From Chloroflexota bacterium (GTDB taxonomy: Bacteria; Chloroflexota; Limnocylindria; QHBO01), in assembly GCA_039933775.1 (NCBI GenBank), contig JBDTNK010000004.1, positions 1 through 61,214 on the forward strand: a stretch of DNA of 61,214 nt, read 5' to 3'. The position numbers and the translations under genes were made by a program. Each line of letters opens with the position of its first letter. The stretch's first letter is position 1. The notes below the pieces were generated by a model, which was not told the DNA's origin, did not search any database, and worked only from the letters and a program-made list of their open reading frames with translations. Shown piece by piece: positions 49,542 through 59,193 of the stretch.

Positions 49542-50636
49542 CTAGCGGCCCACGTTGAAGAGCACCTCGATCACGTCGCCGTCGCGGACCTGGTAGGTTT
49601 TGCCCTCCTGTCGCAGCGTCCCGCGATTGCGCGCCTCGGCCATCGAACCGGCGGCGATGAGGTCGTCAAAGCCGATCACCTGCGCGCGGATGAAGCCGCG
49701 TGCCAGGTCCGAGTGGATCGCACCGGCGGCATCCACCGCGGTCGACCCGGTGCGCAGCGTCCAGGCCCGACACTCGTCGTCGCCGGCGGTGAAGAAGCTG
49801 AAGAGCCCGAGCAACGCGTACGTCAGGCGGATGATCCGGCCACGCGACGGCTCGGCGATCCCCAGGTCGTCCATGAAGAGGCGCGCATCGTCGTCGGGCA
49901 GCTCGCCGAGCTCGGCCTCGATCTTGGCCGCCAGGGCGGCGACATCGGTCTGTGGCTGTGGGTACCGCGCACGCCCGGCAGTCTCGAGGGCCGCCGCTTC
50001 GGGCAGGCGACCATCGTCGATGTTCAGCATCACGAGCACCGGCTTCTGGGTCAGGAACCGATAGCCGCGCAGCAGAAACTCCTCGTCGGTCGTGAGCCCG
50101 AAGGAGCGGATCGGCTTGCCGTCGGAGAGATGTGGCTCGATGCGCGTGAGCAGCTCCTGCTCGCGTTGGGCCTGCTCGCGCTCCGCGGGGTTGCCATGGC
50201 GCCCCTGGGTCGTCAGCTTCTCGAGGCGCTTCTCGATGACCGACAGGTCAGCGACGGTGAACTCGAGGTCCAGGTCATCGACGTCACGCCACGGATCGGC
50301 GGGCGTTGCCGCTGAGGCATCGTCGAAGGCGCGCGTGACGTGGAGCAGCGTATCGGCATTGCGGATCAGCGCCAGGACATCGGGGTTGACCGTGCCCTCG
50401 CGCGCGGCTCCGGCGGGAATCGCGACGTCGACGTAGGTGACGTCGGCGTACGTCGTCTTTTTCGGCTTGAACAGCTCGGCGAGGCGGTCGACGCGCTCGT
50501 CGGGGACCTTCACCACGCTGACGTTCGGCGCCGCCCGGCCACCGGAGAAGGTGCCCGTCTCGGCATGGCCACCGGTCAGCGCGTTGAAGACGGTCGTCTT
50601 GCCCGAGCCGGGAAGGCCCACGATCGTGACCTGCAT
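49542..50636 (-). CDS. ychF: Obg-like ATPase YchF
   Basis: GLPGSGKT, VKVPDERVD, FFTAG, AGAIHSDLARGFIRA, EGKTYQVRDGD. Confidence 0.95.
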   Translation of the reverse strand: MQVTIVGLPGSGKTTVFNALTGGHAETGTFSGGRAAPNVSVVKVPDERVDRLAELFKPKKTTYADVTYVDVAIPAGAAREGTVNPDVLALIRNADTLLHVTRAFDDASAATPADPWRDVDDLDLEFTVADLSVIEKRLEKLTTQGRHGNPAEREQAQREQELLTRIEPHLSDGKPIRSFGLTTDEEFLLRGYRFLTQKPVLVMLNIDDGRLPEAAALETAGRARYPQPQTDVAALAAKIEAELGELPDDDARLFMDDLGIAEPSRGRIIRLTYALLGLFSFFTAGDDECRAWTLRTGSTAVDAAGAIHSDLARGFIRAQVIGFDDLIAAGSMAEARNRGTLRQEGKTYQVRDGDVIEVLFNVGR

Positions 50637-50639
50637 CGC

Positions 50640-51638
50640 TCAGTACCCCGCGTCGAGATCGACGAGATTGTCGAGCGGCTCGCCAGCCACGAAGCGGCGC
50701 AGGTTGGCGACGAACAGCTCGAAGCTGCGCCGCACGACCTGGTCGCTGGCCCAGCTGGTGTGCGGCGTGATGATCAGGTTCGGGACGTCGTAGAGCGGCG
50801 AGTCCGCCGGCAGGGGCTCGTCCCGGAACACGTCGAGCACGGCGCCGCCGATCGCCCCGGCGGCGAGGGCGGCGCGAAGGGCACGCTCGTCGATGAGCCG
50901 GCCGCGCGCGATGTTGTAGAGCCAGGCGCCGGGGCGCATCACGCTCAGTTCGCGTGCCCCGATGAGGTCCTCTGTCTCGCCGGTCAGCGGCGCCGTGAGC
51001 ACGATGGCATCCGCCGCGCGCAGCACGTCGTCGAGCGCATCGGCGCCGTGGATTTCGGCGCTCGTGCCATCGGCACCGCGCTCAGGGTGGCGGCGTACCG
51101 CGATGACCCGCGTGCCGAACGGCTCGAGCAGGCGCGACAGCTCGAGACCGATGCTGCCAAAGCCGATGACGCCGACCGTCATGCCCGACAGCTCGCGAGC
51201 GCGCAGCGGCTGCCACGTGCGCTCGCGCTGCAGCTCGAGCAGCTGCGGCAGGCGCCGTGCAACGGCCAGCAGCATCATCACCAGGTACTCTGCGATCGGG
51301 CGGCTGAAGACGCCGCGGGCATTGGTGACGAGGAGCCCGCGCTCGCGCACGGCGGGCGTTGCGACACGCTCGACTCCAGCGGAAAACGAATGGATCCATT
51401 CGACCCGCGGCGCCCGCGTCAGCACGTGCTCGAGGACCGATGTCGGCGTCCCGCCCCGGAACAACACGCGCGCGCTGGCCATCTCGACGTCGGCACCCGC
51501 AGCCTCGGTGTGCAGGCGCCCGTCGCGTGTCATCTGCACGAAGCGCACGCCGGGGACCGATTCGATCTGTGCCACGGCATCGGCGTCGATCGGCGCGCCG
51601 AAGATTGGCGTGCCGAGCACGATCAGGTCAGCTGCCAC
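50640..51638 (-). CDS. D-2-hydroxyacid dehydrogenase
   Basis: GFGSIG, NIARG, LDVFRDEP, ITPH. Confidence 0.92.
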   Translation of the reverse strand: MAADLIVLGTPIFGAPIDADAVAQIESVPGVRFVQMTRDGRLHTEAAGADVEMASARVLFRGGTPTSVLEHVLTRAPRVEWIHSFSAGVERVATPAVRERGLLVTNARGVFSRPIAEYLVMMLLAVARRLPQLLELQRERTWQPLRARELSGMTVGVIGFGSIGLELSRLLEPFGTRVIAVRRHPERGADGTSAEIHGADALDDVLRAADAIVLTAPLTGETEDLIGARELSVMRPGAWLYNIARGRLIDERALRAALAAGAIGGAVLDVFRDEPLPADSPLYDVPNLIITPHTSWASDQVVRRSFELFVANLRRFVAGEPLDNLVDLDAGY

Positions 51639-51639
51639 G

Positions 51640-52803
51640 TCAGGCGCGCGCCTCGAGCGAGTCGATGCGCGCGATCCAGGCCTGCGGGGCGCGAATCTCG
51701 TCGAGCGTGGGCAACATGTCGGGACCTTCCCACACGCGATTCATGTACGGCCGCCCGCGTTGCTCGATGACCGCATCGACGAAGCGCTCCCCCGCCGCGT
51801 ATTGCTCCATCTTGAGGTCAAGCCCGGTGATGCGCATGATCGCGCGCTCGATCGCGCCGCGCCGCTCCCCGCGGCGCTCGAACTGGTCGTGGATGCGTGC
51901 AAAGCCCGGCAGGATCTGCTCACCGGCGGCGTGCATGACGTGGTTGGAGTAGCCCTCGAGCAGCGACATGAGCGCCTGCGTGCGGCGGAATCCGTCCAGC
52001 TGCGTCGGGCTCATCATGCGCTCCAGCCAGTGCCCCTCGCCGCCGCCGAGCGCCTGGCGCAGGCGCTCGGGCAGGCTGCCCGAATCGGTGGCGAAGGCCT
52101 CGATCGCCTCGGCGACGTTCGTCGCGAAATGGGCCCGTAGCCATGGGTATGCTTCGAACTCGAAAGCGTGCGTCGCTTCGTGCAGCGCGATGAAGGTGCG
52201 GAACTCGTCGAGCGGCACGTGCAGGGCCTGCGCCGTGGCGACGATATTGCCCTCCACGAAGGCGAGCCGGCCGCGCGGGTCGGGGTTCGCGGCCAGCAGG
52301 CTGATGTCGTACTGGCCCAGCACCTTGCGCGCCAGGAACGAGAGCAGGAAGCCCAGCTGCTGGTTCCCGATCTTGCGATTCACGATCCGCGACAGCGCGC
52401 GACCCGGCGTGTCGGCGCCGCTCTGTGCCGCCTCGATGATGTGCTCGACGCGGCTGAAGAGGTGCTCGAAGGTGGCGAGGTTCAGGTCGATCCATTCCAT
52501 GCGATCGACGACCGCCGGCACCTCGAGCGCATGCGGCAGCTCGGCACCGATCTCCGCGGCCACGATCGGCTCGATGCGCAGCAGCGCTCCGCGGTAGAAG
52601 TCCTCCGCCTCCGCCCGCTGCGCTGCAGTAAATGGGGCGGCCGCTGCTCCCAGGCGGCGAGCCGCGATGGCGCGGACCTGCTGCCAGTCGAGCAGGCGGG
52701 TGCCGGCGCGGCGCATGATCTCGCGCTGCGCGACGGTCAGGCCGGCGGCGAGCAGACCACCGACGAGGATGCCCATCCCCAGGCGGCTGGTATTGCGGGT
52801 CAT
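51640..52803 (-). CDS. zincin-like metallopeptidase (DUF2342 type)
   Basis: LGQYD, LHEATH, MSLLEGY, KMEQYAAGERF. Confidence 0.85.
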   Translation of the reverse strand: MTRNTSRLGMGILVGGLLAAGLTVAQREIMRRAGTRLLDWQQVRAIAARRLGAAAAPFTAAQRAEAEDFYRGALLRIEPIVAAEIGAELPHALEVPAVVDRMEWIDLNLATFEHLFSRVEHIIEAAQSGADTPGRALSRIVNRKIGNQQLGFLLSFLARKVLGQYDISLLAANPDPRGRLAFVEGNIVATAQALHVPLDEFRTFIALHEATHAFEFEAYPWLRAHFATNVAEAIEAFATDSGSLPERLRQALGGGEGHWLERMMSPTQLDGFRRTQALMSLLEGYSNHVMHAAGEQILPGFARIHDQFERRGERRGAIERAIMRITGLDLKMEQYAAGERFVDAVIEQRGRPYMNRVWEGPDMLPTLDEIRAPQAWIARIDSLEARA

Positions 52804-52804
52804 G

Positions 52805-53653
52805 TCACGAGTCTACGGCAGCGACTCCCGACGCGGGCGCGACCGAGACGGCATGGACCGCGGGCAGCTCGGCGCCGAAGACCGAACGCGCGACCATCGT
52901 GAACGCGTCGACGTCACCGGTGGTGGTGATCCGGTTCGAGCCCGGGGCCGTGCCGCCCGATCGCCGACCGAGCGCGTCGAGCAGATCCTCGGTCGCCAGG
53001 GCGGTCGTGAATGCCGAGTCCACGACACTGACCCGCGGCCCCGCGACCGCCTCGATCGAAGGACGCAGGATCGGGTAGTGGGTGCAGCCCAGGAGCAGCG
53101 TGTCGATCGCCGGATCCGCCTCGAACAGCTGCCCCAGGTAGCGTTCCACGGCCTGCTTGGCTTCGGGCGTGCCAGCGTGACCGCCCTCGACGAGCGGCAC
53201 GAGATCGGGGCAGGCCTGCTGCGAGACCTCGATCGCCGAATTCGCCTCCAGGATCGCGCGCTCGTAGGCGCCGGAGCCCACGGTGCCGGCCGTGGCGATG
53301 ACTCCCACGTGCCCGGCACGGGTTGCCGCCGAAGCCATCACGGCGCCGGGGCGAATGACGCCGATGACCGGCACATCGACCGCCGCGCGGATCCCCTCGA
53401 GGGCGTGAGCTGTCGCGGTGTTGCAGGCGATCACGAGCAGCTTCACATCCTGCGCGGCCAGCCAGCGCGCCGATTCGCGCGCGAAGGTACGCACCTCCCC
53501 TGGCGGTCGCGGCCCGTACGGCGCGCGCGCGTTGTCGCCGAGATACAGGGTCGGCTCGGCAGGGAGTCGGCGGCGCAGCTCGGCGAGCACCGTCAGTCCG
53601 CCGACGCCTGAATCGAACACGCCGATCGGGCGTGGATCGCCGGTGAGCGGCAC
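52805..53653 (-). CDS. murI: glutamate racemase
   Basis: GVFDSGVGG, PYG, IACNTA, LLGCTHYP. Confidence 0.97.
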   Translation of the reverse strand: MPLTGDPRPIGVFDSGVGGLTVLAELRRRLPAEPTLYLGDNARAPYGPRPPGEVRTFARESARWLAAQDVKLLVIACNTATAHALEGIRAAVDVPVIGVIRPGAVMASAATRAGHVGVIATAGTVGSGAYERAILEANSAIEVSQQACPDLVPLVEGGHAGTPEAKQAVERYLGQLFEADPAIDTLLLGCTHYPILRPSIEAVAGPRVSVVDSAFTTALATEDLLDALGRRSGGTAPGSNRITTTGDVDAFTMVARSVFGAELPAVHAVSVAPASGVAAVDS

Positions 53654-53661
53654 CGGGGCGC

Positions 53662-54810
53662 TCAGCGCCGGGCGAGCGCCGGGCTGCGCTCTCGCAGCTG
53701 CGCGGCAAGCGAGTCGGCGATGTGCTTCACGCCCCGCGAAATCGGCGCATCCGGGCTGCCCGAAACGAACGGCACGCCCTCGTTGTTGGCGGTCAGCACC
53801 AGGCGCCCGTCCGACACGATCTCGTAGTCGATGCGGCTCCCGGTCGCCTCCTCGACATCGGCCTTCACGAAGCCACCGGTGGCATCCGCACGGTTGAGCA
53901 CGGTCACCAGCTTGGAGGGCGAATACCCGATGGCGGAGAAGGTCTCATTGGCCATCGCCAGGCCGCGGATGGCCATGGCGTCGTAGGTCAGGACCTGCAG
54001 GATGATGTCCGATGCATCCAGGAAGACCAGCACGTCCTCCTGCAGCGAGGCGCGCGTGTCGACAATCACGAATTCGTAGAGCTGGCGCAGGATCGAGAGC
54101 GCCTTCTCGATGTCCCGCATCGTGACCATCTCGGCCATCTCGATGCGCGGCGGTGCGAGGAGGATGTCGATGCCCGATGGATCGCGCCACATGACGTCGG
54201 TCAGGTCCGATTCCTTGATGCGGTCCGTCGGCAGGTTGACGATCGAGGGCGCGACCGCCGGAACGCGGAGCAGCCCGCGCAGGTCGCTGAACTGCAGCGA
54301 TCCGTCGATCAGGCAGACCCGGTGCTCCGCACCGAGCGAGACCGCCAGGTTGTACGCAATCGTGGTGCGCCCGACGCCGCCCTTTGGCGAGAAGAGGCTG
54401 ATGAGCAGCGATCCGGAGCGAGCCGACTCCACGGACCGCTCCTCGTGCGTGCGGCGGATGAGCGTGGTGAGGTCGAAACCGGAGAAGGGCATCTTCAGCA
54501 CCGCGTCGATGCCGCGGTCCGGTGCTTCGCTGATCGGGTTCTGCGGCACCGTGAGCATGACGACAGCCACGGTGGGATGGGCGGCACGGACCTGCTGGGC
54601 GACCTGCGTGCCGTTGACTCGTCCCTGGAGCAGGGCATCGACGATCACCACGTCTGGCTTGAGCTCGTTGATGGCGTCCACGGCGCGGGCTCCCTCGGCC
54701 ACCACGTCGAGCATCTTGATCTGCGACTGCGCGGCCAGCAGTGCACGGATATGCGCTGCGACCTGCGGCACGTCCTCGATCACCAGCAGTCGAATCTGCT
54801 CGCCCGCCAA
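53662..54810 (-). CDS. second receiver-CpaE/TadZ MinD-like ATPase
   Basis: REC-like N-terminus, SPKGGVGRTT, DGSLQFSD, VLNRAD, ANNEGVPF; TTG start after GAAGGAG. Confidence 0.85.
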   Translation of the reverse strand: MAGEQIRLLVIEDVPQVAAHIRALLAAQSQIKMLDVVAEGARAVDAINELKPDVVIVDALLQGRVNGTQVAQQVRAAHPTVAVVMLTVPQNPISEAPDRGIDAVLKMPFSGFDLTTLIRRTHEERSVESARSGSLLISLFSPKGGVGRTTIAYNLAVSLGAEHRVCLIDGSLQFSDLRGLLRVPAVAPSIVNLPTDRIKESDLTDVMWRDPSGIDILLAPPRIEMAEMVTMRDIEKALSILRQLYEFVIVDTRASLQEDVLVFLDASDIILQVLTYDAMAIRGLAMANETFSAIGYSPSKLVTVLNRADATGGFVKADVEEATGSRIDYEIVSDGRLVLTANNEGVPFVSGSPDAPISRGVKHIADSLAAQLRERSPALARR

Positions 54811-54847
54811 CGCGTCTCCTTCTTGACCGTATCCGTTCGCAGGCTTG

Positions 54848-55684
54848 TCAGTCCCGCGCGCCGGTCGGCCGGACCGGATCCTTCCGTGCGACGACGATGC
54901 AGCGCTCGCTCTCGTCGTCGAACGGGTCGAGATCATGCGATCCGAATACCGATTCGACACCCAGGCCCGCTCCCTCGAGGAGCTCGACAAGCTGTGTGGG
55001 ATATGGGTACCAGAGTCGGAAGCCGGCCGGAAGTCGCGCTATCGTACCATCGGGGTGCATCCGGTCAACGGCGGTGGCAAAGGCCACGGACAGCCCGTCG
55101 GGGCCTGCGGCGCGCATCAGGCTGCTGCGGCGGACGATGTGATCGCCATCCACCCATCGCTCCCAATCCACGCTCAGCGGCAAATCACGCTCGGGCAGCG
55201 CGGCCGGTCCGAGCAGGTCGACCACTACGCGTCCGGCATCGGTCAATCGGCGGCGGACGCCGGCCAGCACGGTGGCGGCCGCGGCAGGACCATCGAGGTG
55301 CGGCAATACCCCGGCCAGCACGATCAGCCCGAACCGTCCGCGCAGCCCGCCGACCGTCGCCACGTCGCCCTCCACGAGCTCCAAGCGCCCCTCGCCGGCC
55401 GCCATCGCCAGCCGCCGCGTCGCGGCGATGCGGCGCCGCGCACGGGCCAGCAGCGCCGGCGAGCCATCCACGCCCACCAGGCGCCGCGAATGCGGCAGCA
55501 GCGCCTCGAAGAGGCGTCCGGACCCGCAGCCGAGGTCCAGCACGTTGCCGCGCGACCGACGAGCGAGCTCGCGGTAGAAGACCAGGTCCTCGGTGACGTC
55601 GTCATGCTCGAGGTCGTAGAGCTCGGCCAGCTCGTCGGCCGACGCCGGCTGCGCAGCGAAGATGTCGGCGCCCGACTGGCTCAT
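54848..55684 (-). CDS. class I SAM-dependent methyltransferase
   Basis: LYDLE..DL.FY, VLDLGCGSGR, GVDGS. Confidence 0.88.
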   Translation of the reverse strand: MSQSGADIFAAQPASADELAELYDLEHDDVTEDLVFYRELARRSRGNVLDLGCGSGRLFEALLPHSRRLVGVDGSPALLARARRRIAATRRLAMAAGEGRLELVEGDVATVGGLRGRFGLIVLAGVLPHLDGPAAAATVLAGVRRRLTDAGRVVVDLLGPAALPERDLPLSVDWERWVDGDHIVRRSSLMRAAGPDGLSVAFATAVDRMHPDGTIARLPAGFRLWYPYPTQLVELLEGAGLGVESVFGSHDLDPFDDESERCIVVARKDPVRPTGARD

Positions 55685-56085
55685 GTCTGGTCGAGCATGA
55701 CCGATGCGAACCACTCGAGCACGCCTGCCAGCAGCGCGATGAAGATCGCGACCGGCACGGTCAACGCCCCGCCGAGGCGCAGCGCCGCAAGCGCGCCAAC
55801 GACCGCGGCGACGAGCGTCGCCCGCCGTGCGGCACGCCACCAGGCGCCGCGGTACACGATGCGCCGGCGCGCCAGGAACTCACCCAGAAAGGCGAACGGC
55901 GTGATGAACAGCGCGATCGCCAGCGCGGCGAGCCCGACCACGGCGATGCGGTTGCGCGTCGCATCGGGACATGCGGCGTCACCGCCTCCCGGACAGGCGT
56001 TGGCTGCAACGGCGACGAGGGCGATCGCCGCGAGCACCGCCAGGAGCACCAGCGCCACGACGCCCACGCGGGTGAGGCCGGTCAC
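55681..56085 (-). CDS. hypothetical membrane protein
   Basis: Three to four hydrophobic segments; 4-nt overlaps with both neighbours. Confidence 0.7.
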   Translation of the reverse strand: MTGLTRVGVVALVLLAVLAAIALVAVAANACPGGGDAACPDATRNRIAVVGLAALAIALFITPFAFLGEFLARRRIVYRGAWWRAARRATLVAAVVGALAALRLGGALTVPVAIFIALLAGVLEWFASVMLDQT

Positions 56086-59000
56086 CGCTGCGCGTCGGGG
56101 CAGATCTCGCGGAAGGGACAGTAGCCGCAGCGCATGGCGGACGGTGTCGCATCGAAACGACCGGCGCGGATGCCCTCCGCGGCCACGCCGACCTGGTCGA
56201 GCGCCTTCTCCAGGCGCTTCTCGCTCGCATCTGAGCGGCCGACGAGGCCGGATTCAAGGAAGTGCAGCGACAGCTCGTCGGGCAGCTTGCCGTGCTGCGC
56301 CTCCCAGGCAAGGGCATACAGCGAGAGCTGGAGTGACTCGCGCGAGCGACGGTTGGCGGTCGCCGGATCGCGGACGTCGCTCGATTTGTAGTCGGTGATC
56401 ACGACGCGCCCGTCGGGATCGACGTCGACGCGGTCATAGCGTCCCCGGATCCGGTCGCGTCCCAGCGCCACGGTGAAGTCCTGCTCGACCGCGGACGGCC
56501 GCGCGGGATCCACCTGCTGCTCCTGCCAGAAGCGAGCGAGCGCGTCACGGCCCGCATTGCGGCGCGCCTCCTCGTGCTCGCGGGTCAGGAAGCCGGCCGA
56601 CTCCCACGCCTCGTCGAAGGCCGTGTGCAGCTCGGCGAGGCTCATGGGGCGATTCGCCATCTGGCGCCGATGGAAGACCTGCACCGCGGCGTGCAGCGCG
56701 CGCCCGTAGACGAGCGGATGGCTTGGGGCCGTCGGGATACGGATGACGTGCCCGAACCGATACTTCGCCGGGCAGTCCAGGTAGTCGTTGACTTGGTAGA
56801 AGCTCAGTGACAGCGGCCGCTCGGCCAGGGCCGGCGGGCGGGTCCCCGGGGCGACCGGCTGGCGCGCCGGGCGCTCGTGTCGCGCGAGCTGTTCGGCCGC
56901 GCTGGGACGAACCGCGTCGATGGGCGTGGCCGGCGGCAGGTCGAGCGCCTCGAGCACGAACTGGCTCATGCGGCGTGCTCGCCGGCCACCGTAGTCGGCG
57001 GCCCAGGTCAGGATCAGCTCCTCGCGGGCGCGCGTCATGCCGACGTAGAAGAGGCGTCGCTCCTCGGCCAGGTGTCCCTCGCGCCCGGGCGGCGGACCGG
57101 CCAATGCATCGGGCAGCGGCAGTGGATCGCGACGATCGCGGCTCGGGAAGCGATCCTCGACCAGGCCGACCATGAACACGACCGGGAACTCGAGGCCCTT
57201 GGCCTTGTGGTAGGTAAGGACGTGGACCGCGTCGCCGTCGTCGGGCTGGGCGTCTGCGGTCGAGGGATCATCTCCGGCGCCGATCAGCGTGTCGAGCTGT
57301 GCCACGAGGAAGGGCAGCCGGTCGTCGCGCAGCAGCGCTCCCTGGCGCCGCACGATCTCGAAGAAGCGGGCGACATTCTGCAGGCGCTCGTCGCCGGTCT
57401 CGCGCGCTTCGCGCGTCAGCCGCGCCAGCCAGCCGCTGGCGCTGATGAAGTGGTAGAGCAACTCCCCGCAGCCGCGCTCCGCGCTCATGGCGCGGTGCTG
57501 ATCGATCGAGGCAAGCAGGCGCTCGACCGTCTCGAGCGCACGACGCCCGAACGGCGCGCTCGACGGATCGCGCACCGCGTCGCGCAGCGCCGAGGCGAGC
57601 GGCGCCCGCCGGCGCGTCGCGCGATTCAGCGCGACGGTGACATCGGTCGCACCCAGGCCAAAGATCTCGGAGGTGGCGAGGTCGTACAGGCTGATCGAGT
57701 CATCCGGCTCGTTCACCGCGCGCAGGAAGCTGACCAGCACCCGCACCTCGGGTTGCTGATACAGGCCCGCGGTGCCGCTGAAGCGCCACGGGATGTGCGC
57801 CATGTTCAGGGCACGCAGGAAGGCATCAGCGTCGCGGTTGCCACGGACGAGCACCGCGTGCTCGCCGGCGCGTCGTCCGGCCCGCATGCCGGCCGCGATG
57901 CGGTCAGCGACGGCATCGGCCTCGTCGGAGCCGGTGACGAAGGGGAGCAGCTCGATCGGTCCCGTCGCAGGCGCTGGACGACGGAAGGTGGCGCGTGCCT
58001 TGAGGCGCTTGTCGAGCCCCTCCCGCGCTTCGAGCCGCTCGGGGTCGTTGTGCTTGATCAGGACATGGGAGGCATCGAGGATCGGCTGGCGGCTGCGGAA
58101 GTTGTCGACGAGCACGACGCGCTTCGCCTTCGGATACGCCTCGCGGAAGCCAAGGATGTTGCTCAGCGCGGCACCGCGGAAGCGGTAGATGCTCTGGTCG
58201 TCGTCGCCGACCACCGTGATGTTCGGCTTTGTTCCCTGCGCGAGCATGCGGACCAGCTCCCATTGCGCATGGTTCGTGTCCTGGAACTCGTCAACGAGGA
58301 TGTACCGATACCTGCCTCGTTCGGCCTCCAAAACCGATGGATGCTCGCGCATCAGTCGCAGGGCGCGATAGACCTGGTCGCCAAAGTCGAGGCGATCCGC
58401 GCCCCGCATCAGCCCCTCGTACGCCTCGTAGGCAGCCGCGAGTTCGCCCTGGAACGCGGCGCGCTCCTGCGGCGATTCGTCGGGATCCGTTGTGGCGGCC
58501 GCTGCCAGTTGATCGGCCGCGGCACGATAGTCGGCCGGGGAGACGTCCTCGTCCTTCGCGCGGCTGATGAGCGTGACGAGCGCCGAGAGGAAGCGCGTCG
58601 GGTCCCCGAGCGGCCGGTAGCGCTCGAGCGGCAGCTCCCACAGATGCTCGCGCAGGAAGATGAGCTGCTCGGGACGCGACAGCACCGTCGAGCGATCCGA
58701 GAGCTGCGCCTCGAGCGCGTGCTCGCGCAGGATCCGGTCGCCGAAGGCGTGGAAGGTGCTGATCGTGGCGTCGGTGTAGCCGTACGGCACGAGCTCGTCG
58801 ACGCGGGCCTGCATCTCGGCCGCGGCCCGGTCGGTGAAGGTCAGCGCCAAGATCTCCGAGGGCGCCGCCAGCTTTTCGGCGATGAGCCACGCCATGCGGC
58901 GCGTGATGACGGTCGTCTTGCCGGTCCCCGCCCCCGCCACGATGAGGAGCGGCCCCTCGCCGTGAGTGACGGCGGCCCGCTGCCGCGCGGTGAGGTCCGC

Positions 59001-59138
59001 CAGGAGGGGCGGCTGGAGACGGAGATGCGGTCGCGAGCGCCGCACGGGCGGCGCGACCAGCTCCTCGAAGATGGGCAGCTGGTTCGGGGACGGAATGGCC
59101 GCGGGCACGTCGCCGATGGTAGCCGGTTGGGGGGTCAC
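56082..59138 (-). CDS. UvrD/PcrA-type SF1 helicase fused to a PD-(D/E)XK nuclease with four Cys (AdnAB/AddAB-like)
   Basis: AGAGTGKT, VDEFQD, VGDDDQSIY, KAKGLEF, YVGMTRA; nuclease GRYDR...DYKS...QLSLY; DCP plus CGYCPFREIC. Confidence 0.9.
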   Translation of the reverse strand: MTPQPATIGDVPAAIPSPNQLPIFEELVAPPVRRSRPHLRLQPPLLADLTARQRAAVTHGEGPLLIVAGAGTGKTTVITRRMAWLIAEKLAAPSEILALTFTDRAAAEMQARVDELVPYGYTDATISTFHAFGDRILREHALEAQLSDRSTVLSRPEQLIFLREHLWELPLERYRPLGDPTRFLSALVTLISRAKDEDVSPADYRAAADQLAAAATTDPDESPQERAAFQGELAAAYEAYEGLMRGADRLDFGDQVYRALRLMREHPSVLEAERGRYRYILVDEFQDTNHAQWELVRMLAQGTKPNITVVGDDDQSIYRFRGAALSNILGFREAYPKAKRVVLVDNFRSRQPILDASHVLIKHNDPERLEAREGLDKRLKARATFRRPAPATGPIELLPFVTGSDEADAVADRIAAGMRAGRRAGEHAVLVRGNRDADAFLRALNMAHIPWRFSGTAGLYQQPEVRVLVSFLRAVNEPDDSISLYDLATSEIFGLGATDVTVALNRATRRRAPLASALRDAVRDPSSAPFGRRALETVERLLASIDQHRAMSAERGCGELLYHFISASGWLARLTREARETGDERLQNVARFFEIVRRQGALLRDDRLPFLVAQLDTLIGAGDDPSTADAQPDDGDAVHVLTYHKAKGLEFPVVFMVGLVEDRFPSRDRRDPLPLPDALAGPPPGREGHLAEERRLFYVGMTRAREELILTWAADYGGRRARRMSQFVLEALDLPPATPIDAVRPSAAEQLARHERPARQPVAPGTRPPALAERPLSLSFYQVNDYLDCPAKYRFGHVIRIPTAPSHPLVYGRALHAAVQVFHRRQMANRPMSLAELHTAFDEAWESAGFLTREHEEARRNAGRDALARFWQEQQVDPARPSAVEQDFTVALGRDRIRGRYDRVDVDPDGRVVITDYKSSDVRDPATANRRSRESLQLSLYALAWEAQHGKLPDELSLHFLESGLVGRSDASEKRLEKALDQVGVAAEGIRAGRFDATPSAMRCGYCPFREICPDAQR

Positions 59139-59193
59139 ACCGCCGTTATCACACGCTTACCTGACAGCTCGCGTGTCGCACTGCTGGGCGTGC

